Under the pieces are notes generated by a model. That model was not told the origin of the DNA and made no database searches. It saw nothing but the letters and a program-made list of their open reading frames with translations. A DNA stretch of 64,000 bases from Alphaproteobacteria bacterium (GTDB lineage Bacteria; Pseudomonadota; Alphaproteobacteria; Bin95). This document shows positions 11,923 to 21,353 of this stretch, piece after piece (within the stretch, counting starts at the first letter, position 1; the number at the start of each line of letters is the position of its first letter). Made by a program: the position numbers and the translations under genes. The stretch covers positions 4,736,001-4,800,000 of the forward strand of contig CBDBGH010000003.1 in assembly GCA_965205265.1 (NCBI GenBank). The letters run 5' to 3'.

Positions 11923-11988
11923 TGTCGGGGCTCTCGGCACTGTCGTGGCCCGACAAAGGAGAAAACGACAGTGCCGAGAGCCCCGACA
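11923..11988. repeat. Perfect 24-bp inverted repeat with 18-bp spacer
   Basis: TGTCGGGGCTCTCGGCACTGTCGT (11923-11946) / ACGACAGTGCCGAGAGCCCCGACA (11965-11988). Confidence 0.9.
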
Positions 11989-12369
11989 ATGTCTGCGACA
12001 GACGGGAGACAGGCGGCAGCCGAAGGTTCAGGCGTTCGATTTCATATGTCGGTGGAGACCGGAAATTCAGGAGATTTCGATATTGGATGTTTCATGGATG
12101 ATGGGTGAATGCAGGCGCCGCAGGGTGCAGGTCCGATGTCGAGTCGGTCGAGTCGGGGCCAGTGTACACCGGGGATTCGGCTGGTGCTGGATTCGCTGCA
12201 ATGGGAGCTACGAACAGGAGATCAGTCATCCGGTTGCACTGGCCAGGAACAGGGACACACGTCAAGAACCGCAATACTGCAATGGTTCGGTTCCGTTGTC
12301 CGTTCCGCATTCGGCAATTATCCCGTCGGGTGTGATGCCTCTCCAGTCCCGCAGTCTGGACAAGGAAGA

Positions 12370-12660
12370 GGGACTATCTCTCTCGTCCGGACGGCCGCCA
12401 AGACAATCCTTGCCGTCCGGCCTCATGCTCAGGCGACAGTGCTAAGCGGCTCGCGCGCCCGGGGCGACCATCGTCCCGACAGCGACTGGAACAATCGCCT
12501 CCATTGTGAAGGGCGGTAGGGGGTGCCCCGAGTCCTCCAGGCCTGCCGATCAGCAGACATCCCCTGCCGGAGCCGGTCGAGCGGCGCAAGGGCCGCGCCA
12601 TCGGCCATGCCGCGCCCGGGGGATCGTGTGCGACGGACGCCTGCTGGCCGGTATGAAGAT
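12370..12660 (+). pseudogene. Decayed minimal nucleotidyltransferase (MNT)-family gene
   Basis: ATVLSGSRARGDHRPDSDW matches the GSxARG...DSD motif. A frameshift follows, continuing as IASIVKG...RGIVCDGRLLAG. Boundaries are approximate. Confidence 0.65.
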
Positions 12661-13013
12661 TCCCGCCGTTGCAACTTCTTCACAGCCATAATCCGCGGAT
12701 GCCGCCGAATGGTCGCGGAGCCTTCGCCTTTTGATCGAGCGCCTCGGCTACTTCCGGGCCATGGGGGATCCTTGGCAGCTGCATTTATCCAGAATTTCCA
12801 AACAGCTGATCCGAATTTCATATATCGAGGTTGAATACTCGGCCGCTCGGGCCATCCGCTTTTCGCTTTCCGGTAAGGCATGTGGAAAAGCGGCGCGACG
12901 GCATGAACCGCGCCGTCAGGTCGTCTTTGCAAGTCCCTGTGCATTCGCGTGAAAATGCCTCCTGTGTGTCCGGAAGAACGGTGGACGGGCACCGGGGGCT
13001 ATGACACCGGGGG

Positions 13014-14156
13014 CTATGGCGGGGTGAGCGAGGGAATGCTGTCGATGTCGTCGTCCAGGTCGGGCCGGGAGCCGGGGTTGTCTTGTGTCGGATCGGGGCG
13101 GTCCGGCCCGCAGTCCCCGCGATAGGCTTCCCCCGTTACCGGGTCCTCCGGCTGCGGGGGCTCGCCGGTGTCCCGGAAGACGCGCGGGAAACGGCTTTCG
13201 GGCGACCTCGCGGCATTCGCAATGGAGTCGGTCGGGAGGTCCGCGCCCGCGTCCGCCGCGTCCGTTTCGGCCGTCGGCCCCTGTCCGCCGGGCCCGGGGA
13301 GCGGTGTGTAGCGGAAGGGTGGCTGCATTACTCTTCCCGGGAAGTTGGGGTAGGCCGTGACTTTCATGTTGTACTTCTGCGCCATGGCGCAGAGGTTCCG
13401 GCAGAATTCCTTGGTGCCGCTCGCCTCGATGGAATTCCAGCCCCGCGCCTGGGCTTCGGCGAAGATCAGTTCGAGGGCCTGCTCGGACCCTTTCCGGATG
13501 GTCAGCTTGGAAGGGCTGGCCTCGAGCCGGCCGCCGTCCGCGGTCTCGGCGTGGTCGCGCCCGTAGTGCGAGATCAGGGTCTGGGCCCGTATGCTTGCGG
13601 GCATGTCGGCAAGGGACCGCTTCCTGTCGTTGTCGTCGACAAGGGGAGGGGGCTCGGAGATGAGCAGGCAGGCCAGGGTGATCCCGTACCATGGAGGAGC
13701 GGGGTCGGCGCGGAGTTGCTGGCCGAGCGCGTCGGAGATGTCGACGATATTGGTGAGCCGCTTCTCCTTGTCCTGTTGCTCGAGGTCCTCGTGAAGGCGC
13801 CGGGCGCGTCGCTGCATGTCGATGACGGCCTGTCTCCGTTCCGCCTGGTATGTGGCCACGAGCTTCTCGATATCGACCTGGTGGGTCATGGCCTGAAGTT
13901 CCAAGTCCCGCATCGCCGTTTCGGGAATCTCGCTGGACATGAAGAACGGGAACTCGATATCCGTTCCGGTGCCGGGGTCCGGTGCCGGTGATGCGGGGGC
14001 AGCCGCAGCGGCGGCGTCCGCATCCGGTTCCTTGTGTTGTTCCATGTCGGGTGGGCCCGCCATGACCGTGCCGCCGGCGAGGGGATCGGCTGTGCTGAAA
14101 TTCCTCGCGTCGGCGACGGTGAGTTCGTCATTGAAGGGGGATTCGGGATCGGTCAT
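13014..14156 (-). CDS. Hypothetical protein with coiled coil and LPD7-like domain
   Basis: IFAEAQARGWNSIEASGTKEFCRNLCAMAQKYNMKV resembles the LPD7 signature of conjugative elements. Low-complexity termini. Start may be 14186. Confidence 0.6.
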   Translation of the reverse strand: MTDPESPFNDELTVADARNFSTADPLAGGTVMAGPPDMEQHKEPDADAAAAAAPASPAPDPGTGTDIEFPFFMSSEIPETAMRDLELQAMTHQVDIEKLVATYQAERRQAVIDMQRRARRLHEDLEQQDKEKRLTNIVDISDALGQQLRADPAPPWYGITLACLLISEPPPLVDDNDRKRSLADMPASIRAQTLISHYGRDHAETADGGRLEASPSKLTIRKGSEQALELIFAEAQARGWNSIEASGTKEFCRNLCAMAQKYNMKVTAYPNFPGRVMQPPFRYTPLPGPGGQGPTAETDAADAGADLPTDSIANAARSPESRFPRVFRDTGEPPQPEDPVTGEAYRGDCGPDRPDPTQDNPGSRPDLDDDIDSIPSLTPP

Positions 14157-14325
14157 TTGCGGTCTCCGGACGGGACAGGGGTCCATGGAATTATGCGGTT
14201 TTCCCCAGAAAACCGGAAATTGCCCTGAAATTAGGCGTTTTTTGGGTTCCGGGCGGGTTATGCGAGGGCCGAACGGGATGTAAGGGATAGTCGTCGTTAT
14301 GGCTCAGGACAAAGGAGCGAAGACC

Positions 14326-14625
14326 ATGGCCGACTCAAAGACGCGCCTGCCGCGCGGCGAGCTTGTCGACAAGCTGGCGGAGCGCACGGGCCTCCCCAAG
14401 GCGGGAGTGGATTCCGTCCTGAAGGAATTCGCCGCCGTCGTGACCGAGCAGTGCTTCGAGCACGACGCACGGGTGTACCTGCAGGGCCTGGGCGCTTTTT
14501 CGGTCAAGGACCGGCCCGCCCGGACGGGCACGAATCCTTTCACGAAGAAGGAGTACGCCACGCCGGCGAAGCGCGTGCTGGTCTTCAAGAACGCGAAGGA
14601 AAACAGCCGGGTGGCGGCGGAGTAG
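14326..14625 (+). CDS. HU-family DNA-binding protein
   Basis: ELVDKLAERTGL...VYLQGLGAFSVKDRPARTGTNPFT...PAKRVLVFK; AAGGAG RBS. Confidence 0.93.
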   Translation: MADSKTRLPRGELVDKLAERTGLPKAGVDSVLKEFAAVVTEQCFEHDARVYLQGLGAFSVKDRPARTGTNPFTKKEYATPAKRVLVFKNAKENSRVAAE

Positions 14626-14648
14626 CCGCGGCTGTCCGTTTGCTCTCG

Positions 14649-14686
14649 AGCCGGGCGGGGCGGCGTTGCTGCCGCCCCGCCCGGCT
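14649..14686. terminator. 16-bp perfect GC-rich hairpin downstream of HU gene
   Basis: AGCCGGGCGGGGCGGC-gttgct-GCCGCCCCGCCCGGCT. No clear U tract. Confidence 0.5.
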
Positions 14687-14729
14687 TGCGGCAGGCCGGG
14701 GCGGTGGTTTCCGAGGAGGAAAGCGGCGC

Positions 14730-16088
14730 ATGAGGAGGATGTGGGCCGGGGTCTGGCTGGCAGGCTTCCTGCTCGTGGCTGCAGGCGGCGCCTCCGGCCA
14801 GGACAACAGGAAGGATTTTCCGGCGCGTCTCGCGGAGTCCCTTCCGGAGGGATTCGAGATCGATATCGAGATCCCGGTGATGCATGGCGGCCACACGGAA
14901 TTCGAGGATGTGGCGGTGAGGGGGCCGGGGGGTCTTCGGGCGACTGTCGGGAACCTGAGGCCGCGCGACGGCGGCCGGATGGTCGGCAGCCGCATTTCGA
15001 TTTCGGGCGATGCGGCGCCTCCGGTGTCGGTGGGCCGGGGAGAAACGGACCTGGACGGCCTGGATGCCATTCTGGCGGCGGTGGAGAGCGACGGCGATAC
15101 GCTCGGGAATCTGTGTTCCCGCAAGGGGGGCGGCGAGGTTGCGGTGAGGCTCCAGGATATGGCTGTCGGTCCTGCCGGCGCCGGCCTGACGGCCGGCGAG
15201 ATGGATTGGCGGATCGGGATTTCCCGCGCTGCGGTTTGCGAGGTCAGGGTAGATATCGAGGTGCACAATCTGGCGCGCAGCGACGACGAGCATTTGCGTC
15301 TGGATGTGAGAGGGGGATCGTTGACGGGCCACTTCCGGAGCGACGCGCGCACGGGAGTGGTGGAATGGAAGCTCGAGGATGTGATCCTGTCGCGCGAGGG
15401 CAGGCGGGCCATATCTGTTACGAGGTTCAGTGGACGGCTTGCCGTGGACCGGCTGTGGATGGAGCGCATGACGGGCGTGGCGGTCCTTGCAGGATTGCCG
15501 GAGGCGCCGGAGGTTCTGGACCCGCAGGCCGGCGACGAGTTCATGGACCTGCGCGGCATCTCGATCGATGCAGACCGTGTCCTCGGCGGGGCGATGGGGG
15601 GGATGTACAGGCTGGCCACCGGGCGGGAGACAGTGGACTTCAGTGCCCGGATCGGAAGGAGCCGGGACAGGGGAGGGGCGCATATGTTCCGGGCGCAGCT
15701 GTTTTCGCCCGCCCTGGGAGACGTGACAGCGGTCATGAGGGTCGGTGTGGTGCCGGAGGTCGGGATAGAGACATTCGACCTGTTGTACAGGGATCTGGGT
15801 CTATGGGATGTCGCGGCCCGGATGGAGTCGAGCACGGGAGATATATTGCGTGTCCGGGCGCGTGCTCTCGGAGAGGCCGGGGGCGGCCCGGAGCTTGCCG
15901 AGGGGACCGGCCGGGTTCTCGCGGCGATAGACGGCTTTCTCGAGAAGGCGCGCGAGCACAGGATGCAGGTGTCGTTCCGTCCGGCCCGAAGCCTGTCGTT
16001 GGATGTCCTGAAAGAGCTCGTGAGACGGGACCCCGGGCGATTCGGGTCCGTGACCGGCCTGATCTACGGTCGTCATGACGGACGATGA
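14730..16088 (+). CDS. Hypothetical exported protein (beta-rich)
   Basis: GAGGAGG RBS; signal peptide MRRMWAGVWLAGFLLVAAGGASG. Confidence 0.7.
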   Translation: MRRMWAGVWLAGFLLVAAGGASGQDNRKDFPARLAESLPEGFEIDIEIPVMHGGHTEFEDVAVRGPGGLRATVGNLRPRDGGRMVGSRISISGDAAPPVSVGRGETDLDGLDAILAAVESDGDTLGNLCSRKGGGEVAVRLQDMAVGPAGAGLTAGEMDWRIGISRAAVCEVRVDIEVHNLARSDDEHLRLDVRGGSLTGHFRSDARTGVVEWKLEDVILSREGRRAISVTRFSGRLAVDRLWMERMTGVAVLAGLPEAPEVLDPQAGDEFMDLRGISIDADRVLGGAMGGMYRLATGRETVDFSARIGRSRDRGGAHMFRAQLFSPALGDVTAVMRVGVVPEVGIETFDLLYRDLGLWDVAARMESSTGDILRVRARALGEAGGGPELAEGTGRVLAAIDGFLEKAREHRMQVSFRPARSLSLDVLKELVRRDPGRFGSVTGLIYGRHDGR

Positions 16089-16659
16089 GACCGGGGGCGC
16101 CGCAGGGGACGGCGCGAGGGGAAAGACGAAACGCCCGGGGTGGCGGGATGCGCCGCCGGAGAAGCGGGCGGAGGCCTATGAGGAGGACGTGGCCCGCAGG
16201 TTCTGGCGGCCGCGGCTTCCGATGCCGTGGCGGGTGCGGGGGTCGAAGGCCCGCCAGCGCGACTGGCGGAAGCTGAGGTCCTGGGCCGAGAATTCCTGGG
16301 AGACGGTGCGTCCGCATGTGATTGACGCGGATGTGGTTTCCGGGGCGCTGCGGGGGTCGGAGCGGCGGGAACGCCGACTCCTGGGGGATGAAGCGTCCAG
16401 GGCGGAGGAGAGATTCGAGCAGCTGAGGATGGTGTCGGGCATACTGTGGCTGTGCGCCGTGATCGTGCTCGGGGCGATGTTCATTGCGGCCGAGGGTTTT
16501 TTCGGGAAAGCCGGGGCTCTGGGCGGCCTGGTCATGTCGATGGCGCTTCCGGTTCTCTGCCTGCGGGCGGACTGGGCTCTTGTGCGGCTGCGCAGCGGCC
16601 GTCCGGTAGGTTTGCTGGAATATGTGAAGATCCGGCTGGCCGGGAGACAGGGGGGATAG
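16075..16659 (+). CDS. Two-TM membrane protein, possibly IcmV/TraX-like
   Basis: Basic N-terminus and two hydrophobic helices near the C-terminus, in T4BSS context. The homology is tentative. Confidence 0.5.
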   Translation: MTDDETGGAAGDGARGKTKRPGWRDAPPEKRAEAYEEDVARRFWRPRLPMPWRVRGSKARQRDWRKLRSWAENSWETVRPHVIDADVVSGALRGSERRERRLLGDEASRAEERFEQLRMVSGILWLCAVIVLGAMFIAAEGFFGKAGALGGLVMSMALPVLCLRADWALVRLRSGRPVGLLEYVKIRLAGRQGG

Positions 16660-16663
16660 GCGC

Positions 16664-17596
16664 GTGGTCCGGTCCGTCCTCTGTCTCCCGGCTTTCCTGT
16701 TGCTGGTGTCCTGCGTGTCCGCGCCGGGCCTCATGATGGAGCGGGGGGGCCGGGGGTCGGAGATGGAGGCGGCCGTGCAGCGGCACATGTCGCTGGAGAT
16801 GTATCTCGACCGTCAGGCGCGGCTCCACACGGTGGCCTGGAACATACGGTCCTCGAACGCCGATCTGTGCGGGCGGTGGGACCGCGGACTGGGAATCATG
16901 ACGGTGGAGCCCGCGACCCTGCCGCCGGGCCTGAGGCTGGCGGCAGGGTCGCGTTTCGGCAGTGGCTTGCTGGTGGGCGCCGTCGCGCCGTTCTCGCCGG
17001 CGACGGGGATGCTGCACCCGGGTGACGGGATTGTTGCGGTCAACGGGGTCCGGACGCGTTCGGACGGGGAGTTCCGTTCCAGGCTGGCGTCGGCGCGCAG
17101 CGATGCCGTCCGGGTGGACGTGATGCGCAACGGGCTGCTGGAAAAGGTCCTGATGATCCCGGTTCCGGTCTGCCGCTGGCCGGCCCGGGTGGTGGAGGCC
17201 CCGGGCGTGACGGCGTGGGTTGACGGGTCGGAGATCGCGGTGACCGCGGGGATGATGCGGTTCGCGGCCGATGACGACGACCTGGCGCAGGTCGTGGCCC
17301 ACGAGCTGGCCCATGCGGTCCTGGGACACAATGAACGGAAGCTCTTTGCCGACAGGACGGACGAGGAATTGGAGGCGGACAGGCTGGGCGTGTTCCTGGC
17401 GGGGCGCGCCGGTTACAGGGTGGAGCGGGCGGCGGAGTTCTGGCGCTTGGTGGCCCGGGAGAACGTCTATCACGGCGTGGAGTCCTGGCGGCGTTTCAGG
17501 GCGCTTCGGGAAGCAGTCAAGGAGTTCGTGAACTCCTCCCGGAGCGGCATGGGGGGGGCCTCGAAGGCTGTCTCGAGGGGAAGAACGGACGGCTGA
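16664..17596 (+). CDS. M48-family zinc metallopeptidase lipoprotein with PDZ domain
   Basis: Lipobox LVSC; PDZ-like SPATGMLHPGDGIVAVNG; HELAH and ELEADRLG. Confidence 0.85.
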   Translation: MVRSVLCLPAFLLLVSCVSAPGLMMERGGRGSEMEAAVQRHMSLEMYLDRQARLHTVAWNIRSSNADLCGRWDRGLGIMTVEPATLPPGLRLAAGSRFGSGLLVGAVAPFSPATGMLHPGDGIVAVNGVRTRSDGEFRSRLASARSDAVRVDVMRNGLLEKVLMIPVPVCRWPARVVEAPGVTAWVDGSEIAVTAGMMRFAADDDDLAQVVAHELAHAVLGHNERKLFADRTDEELEADRLGVFLAGRAGYRVERAAEFWRLVARENVYHGVESWRRFRALREAVKEFVNSSRSGMGGASKAVSRGRTDG

Positions 17597-17946
17597 GGAT
17601 CGGATTGCCGGGTTTCCCCGGCGCCCGTTGCACGGGGGATGTCGCCTTAACCGAATTATCGAACGAACGGGATTCCCGAAAGTGCGGTGGGGTTTGCCCG
17701 GATTGCCGCGCAATTGCATTTGTCCCTCCCGAAGGGAGGGGAAACATGGCGGCCTATAAGCAGAACGTGAAAATTGGGGAAAACCGATTTTTTTCAGGCC
17801 ACTGCCCTTGGCAGTTGCCCGCCCGTCATGTCCAAGGTGGGGATCGAGCGCCATGGAGGAGCCCTTCCTGCTTGCCGTGCGGTCCAGCAGTGACCGGCTC
17901 GGCAGCGGCGCTCCCGAAGAGTGAAACCAAGAGCGGGGAAACTGGC

Positions 17947-18642
17947 ATGCACACACAGGCACGGGCGGCAAAACCGTCCCTTGTATCGAGATTTCGGAAC
18001 CGGAAGCGCCGCGGCCTCGCGCTTTTCGATGTGATCTTGGCTGTAGGGATCATCGGCGTGCTGATCGCAGGTGGCGTCCTGCTTCTTCAGAATGTCCAGG
18101 AGCGCCTCAAGAGAAACGGCACTCTCGCGGCCATCAACCAGATCCGCGCGGAGACGCAGCGGATCTATGCCGGCCAGTCCACAATGACCGGTCTGAACAT
18201 GAAGTTGCTGTACGACCGCGGGTCGCTGCCGGATACCGTGCCGCGCGACGTGGACAATGCGCCCGCGATCATCGAGGGCTACGAGCATTCGTACGACCAG
18301 TCGATCCGGATTTGGCCCGTGGCCGGGAAGAAGCAGTACATCATCGGCCTGGGTTTCATGGACAACGGCCCCTGCGCGGATATCCTGGGCTCCTTCGCCG
18401 ACAAGACCCGGGTCGGGTCGGGCGTTCGCAGCCTGGGCACGAGCGATGCCGGCACGGACGACCTGCCGGCCACGCAGGCTGGCGGCACCGCCGCTACCGA
18501 CGGGACATCTCCGGGACTCGATACGGCGGAAATCGTGGATACGGGCAACAAGCTGGTTTCGCCGGTTCCGGCCGCCACCGTAAATGGCTGGTGCGACGCC
18601 GGCGACGGCGACAACAACGTCTTTCTCCATTTCCAGGGCTGA
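17947..18642 (+). CDS. Type IVb (PilS-like) major prepilin
   Basis: Basic leader ending KRRG|LALFDVILAVGIIGVLIAGGVLL; two C-terminal Cys. Confidence 0.8.
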   Translation: MHTQARAAKPSLVSRFRNRKRRGLALFDVILAVGIIGVLIAGGVLLLQNVQERLKRNGTLAAINQIRAETQRIYAGQSTMTGLNMKLLYDRGSLPDTVPRDVDNAPAIIEGYEHSYDQSIRIWPVAGKKQYIIGLGFMDNGPCADILGSFADKTRVGSGVRSLGTSDAGTDDLPATQAGGTAATDGTSPGLDTAEIVDTGNKLVSPVPAATVNGWCDAGDGDNNVFLHFQG

Positions 18643-18712
18643 GGGGAGAGGCAGAGAAGGCGACGTGGGAGACTGGATCGCGTTCACGCCGCAGGGCGGG
18701 ACTCCGGGGGCC

Positions 18713-18973
18713 ATGATGCCCAACCTTCTTTTTCTGGGAGCGCTGGCGGTGGCTGTCTGGCTGCGATGGGTAGCGGTCCGCACAGGATTCCCGGTCTATT
18801 GTTTCCTGGTCTCGCTCGGGACCGGGGTGGCCTGCGGGTTTGCCGGGGGCATGCCTGCCGGCCCGGCCGTGCTGGTGGCGTCCCTTGCCGTCTGTGGCGG
18901 GATTCTGTGGCGCTACGGCCTCCCCTGGCGGCCAAGGGCCGATGGCGTGGCGAGGGGGCGAGGGCCGGCATGA
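18713..18973 (+). CDS. Small membrane protein
   Basis: Three hydrophobic segments; ATGA overlap with the next pilin. Confidence 0.55.
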   Translation: MMPNLLFLGALAVAVWLRWVAVRTGFPVYCFLVSLGTGVACGFAGGMPAGPAVLVASLAVCGGILWRYGLPWRPRADGVARGRGPA

Positions 18974-19599
18974 AATTCGGCCGGCGGTTCCTCTGGAGGT
19001 CCCGACGCGGAATGGCCCTGTTCGACCTGCTCATGGCGATGGGTGTGATCGGCGTCCTCATCGTGGGGGCCATCCTGCTGTTCCATTCCGTGTCGCGTTC
19101 GAACGAACAGGCTGGGCTGGTGCAGCTGGCGCGCGCGCTGCGTGGCGGGGCCGAGCGCCTGTTTACCGGGCATGGAAGCTATACGGGGCTGGGCATGGCG
19201 GCGCTCTGCAATGCAGGCGTGGTCCCGGAAGGAAACATGGTCGGGACGAGTTGCGCGAGCACGAGTTTCGTGACAGCGCTCAGCTACCGCGACAGCGGCG
19301 ATTCGGTGGGCGCCTGGCCTCTCATCCTGTCCGGGACGGATCCGAAAGGATTCTCGCTCGGCTTCGCGGCGCTCGACAACGCGACCTGCGCCGTGCTTCT
19401 CGGTGGCTATGTCGGGCGAAACCGGGATCGCTCCGGGTTCGCCGGCGCCGCTGTCCGCAACGCGGGGCCCAACGGGAACCTCAACTGGGGGGCGCAGCTC
19501 TGGACGGTCTTTACCGCGTCTCCCCTCTCGCAGGCGAACATCGGGACCCTGTGCGCAAGGGGAGACGGGAGGAATACGGTCTATCTGGGATTCCGGTAG
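18970..19599 (+). CDS. Second type IVb prepilin (paralogue)
   Basis: SRRG|MALFDLLMAMGVIGVLIVGAILLF. Shares YxGL, WP, CAxxLG and C...GDGxNxV with the first pilin. Confidence 0.8.
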   Translation: MKFGRRFLWRSRRGMALFDLLMAMGVIGVLIVGAILLFHSVSRSNEQAGLVQLARALRGGAERLFTGHGSYTGLGMAALCNAGVVPEGNMVGTSCASTSFVTALSYRDSGDSVGAWPLILSGTDPKGFSLGFAALDNATCAVLLGGYVGRNRDRSGFAGAAVRNAGPNGNLNWGAQLWTVFTASPLSQANIGTLCARGDGRNTVYLGFR

Positions 19600-19732
19600 C
19601 AACCGTGTCCCGGGTGAGCCGGGCGGGCTTGTGCGAAAGCGGCGGTGGCTGGTAGTAATGCGGTGCGTACCGGGTGCACTCGGAGGCGCCCGGATTCGTT
19701 CAGTCTCATTAAAGAGAGAGGAATTCTCGCTC

Positions 19733-20323
19733 ATGAACTCGTTGTCTCTCCGTGTCGTCGCCGGCCTGGTGTTGGCCGGCCTTCTCGGCGCCTGCCAATC
19801 GGCCACCACGGCCAAGACGGTCGCCGAGGCACGCCCACAGCTCGCGGAGGCGGAGCTGTCGGCCGCCCATTACGGTTCCGAGGAGGTCGACAAGGGCGTC
19901 CGCCCGACGGGATCGATGCGGACCTCGCAGTTCCACGCGCCGACGCCGGTCAGCCATGCCAGCGCCAGGACGGTCACGACCGTCGACCTGGTCGGGATGC
20001 TGAAGGCGGACCCGGAGCCGGTGCTGATCGATGTGCTCGGCGGGTCCGGCGGCCACCGGTCGCTTCCGGGCGCCCACTGGCTGCCAGGGGCGGGCAAGGA
20101 AGGCCAGAAGCAGAAGCTGGGCGCGCGTCTTGCGGAACTGACCGGCGGTGACAAGGACAGGGCCCTGGTCTTCTTCTGCCAGGGCTGGGAATGCTGGCTG
20201 TCCTACAACGCGGCGCTCTCGGCGTCGGCGCTCGGCTACACCAGGGTGAACTGGTATCGCGGCGGGGCGAAGAGCTGGAAAGCCGCCGGCCTGCCGACGG
20301 GCTGGGCCAGCAGAAGCTGGTAG
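19733..20323 (+). CDS. Rhodanese-like lipoprotein (CxxxxCW type)
   Basis: Lipobox LLGAC; VLIDV, SLPGAHW, FFCQGWECWLSYNAA, WYRGGAKSWKAAGLP. Confidence 0.85.
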   Translation: MNSLSLRVVAGLVLAGLLGACQSATTAKTVAEARPQLAEAELSAAHYGSEEVDKGVRPTGSMRTSQFHAPTPVSHASARTVTTVDLVGMLKADPEPVLIDVLGGSGGHRSLPGAHWLPGAGKEGQKQKLGARLAELTGGDKDRALVFFCQGWECWLSYNAALSASALGYTRVNWYRGGAKSWKAAGLPTGWASRSW

Positions 20324-20796
20324 GTCCGGGGCGCCGCCACGCGGCGTTTACGGGAAAATCCCCGTAGAACCGGAACCGGTCCCTGGCGCTGCACGGCAGC
20401 GCCAGGGCCGTCCGGGCAGAGTGTCATTCCTAAGTCGATGACACCGTTGGATTGCGGGATATGCCGGCCGCCTTTGCGGGCGGCGCAAGGTTCCTCACCG
20501 GCGCGTCCGGGTCCAGTCCGCGGCGAGCGCCCGGGCTTGCGAACAGAACCACCACTCCCCCGCGGCCCCGTTCATTCCCAACCGGTCATACCGGGCCCCG
20601 CCCGGCAGATGGTGCACGCGCGAGCCGTTGCGGCTCGCATTGCCCTTGATCCGGCAGGAGCCGGACTGCGTTCCGGACCTCGATTGCCGCTTACAAAACG
20701 CAACCCGACCGTCAGGGCCGAATATGTGGGCTGCATGCAAGCGCCAGCGCATGCCCAGCGTCGGCGGGTCCGGTGACCGCTGTCTGAGGGGGACGG

Positions 20797-21321
20797 TCAG
20801 GCGAGTCCCTCGATAAGGCCCACGAATTCCGGAAAATTGACGGCCAGGGCTCCGGATATGATGAATGTGAGCCCGGCCCCGAGCCTGCTCTGGCCCATTT
20901 GTCCCTGGACATGGTCGTTGAGGAGCAGGATACCGCGGAAGATGGCGATAACCCCGAGCAATTGGATGATCTTGACGATGGCCACGATGAGAAGCCGGGA
21001 GGCCGAATCCTGATCCTCGAAGAGGGTGGGGGCGTAGGCGAATATGCTGTCGGCGGAGGCGATGTCCGACGTTCCCCAGAGCGAGGCGTTCAGCGCGCCG
21101 ATGGTGCTTGGCAGCGCGATCAGGAAACAGCCGGCGAGAAGGTTGGCGAGCGCTCCGACATAGGTTCTCTGCGACGATGCGGAGTTGGAGCGCTGGGCCA
21201 TGCGGTATATGGCGAGGATCACCAGCGTGCAGCCGCACAGGAAGGCGAGGCCGCCGACGATATCCAGGAAGGACGGCACATAGTCGGCAAGGTTCTGGAG
21301 TATGGTGGCGAGATCGTTCAT
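20797..21321 (-). CDS. icmC: IcmC/DotE (TraQ)-like inner-membrane protein
   Basis: 174 aa with four hydrophobic helices, IQLLGVIAIFRG and IISGALAVN; follows icmE-icmG as in Dot/Icm loci. Confidence 0.7.
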   Translation of the reverse strand: MNDLATILQNLADYVPSFLDIVGGLAFLCGCTLVILAIYRMAQRSNSASSQRTYVGALANLLAGCFLIALPSTIGALNASLWGTSDIASADSIFAYAPTLFEDQDSASRLLIVAIVKIIQLLGVIAIFRGILLLNDHVQGQMGQSRLGAGLTFIISGALAVNFPEFVGLIEGLA

Positions 21322-21353
21322 CGGCCGCGTCTATCAGGCGCCCCGGGCGGGGT

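Noticed and set aside
17947-19599. Shufflon-type pilin variation
   Set aside because: No PilV-like adhesin, sfx-type repeats or adjacent Rci recombinase was found; the integrase at the window start belongs to the other block.
20324-20796. ncRNA or oriT in the 470-bp gap between convergent genes
   Set aside because: Only a short hairpin (TACGGGA-aaa-TCCCGTA) was seen, with no recognisable nic or RNA motif; it remains unexplained but unsupported.
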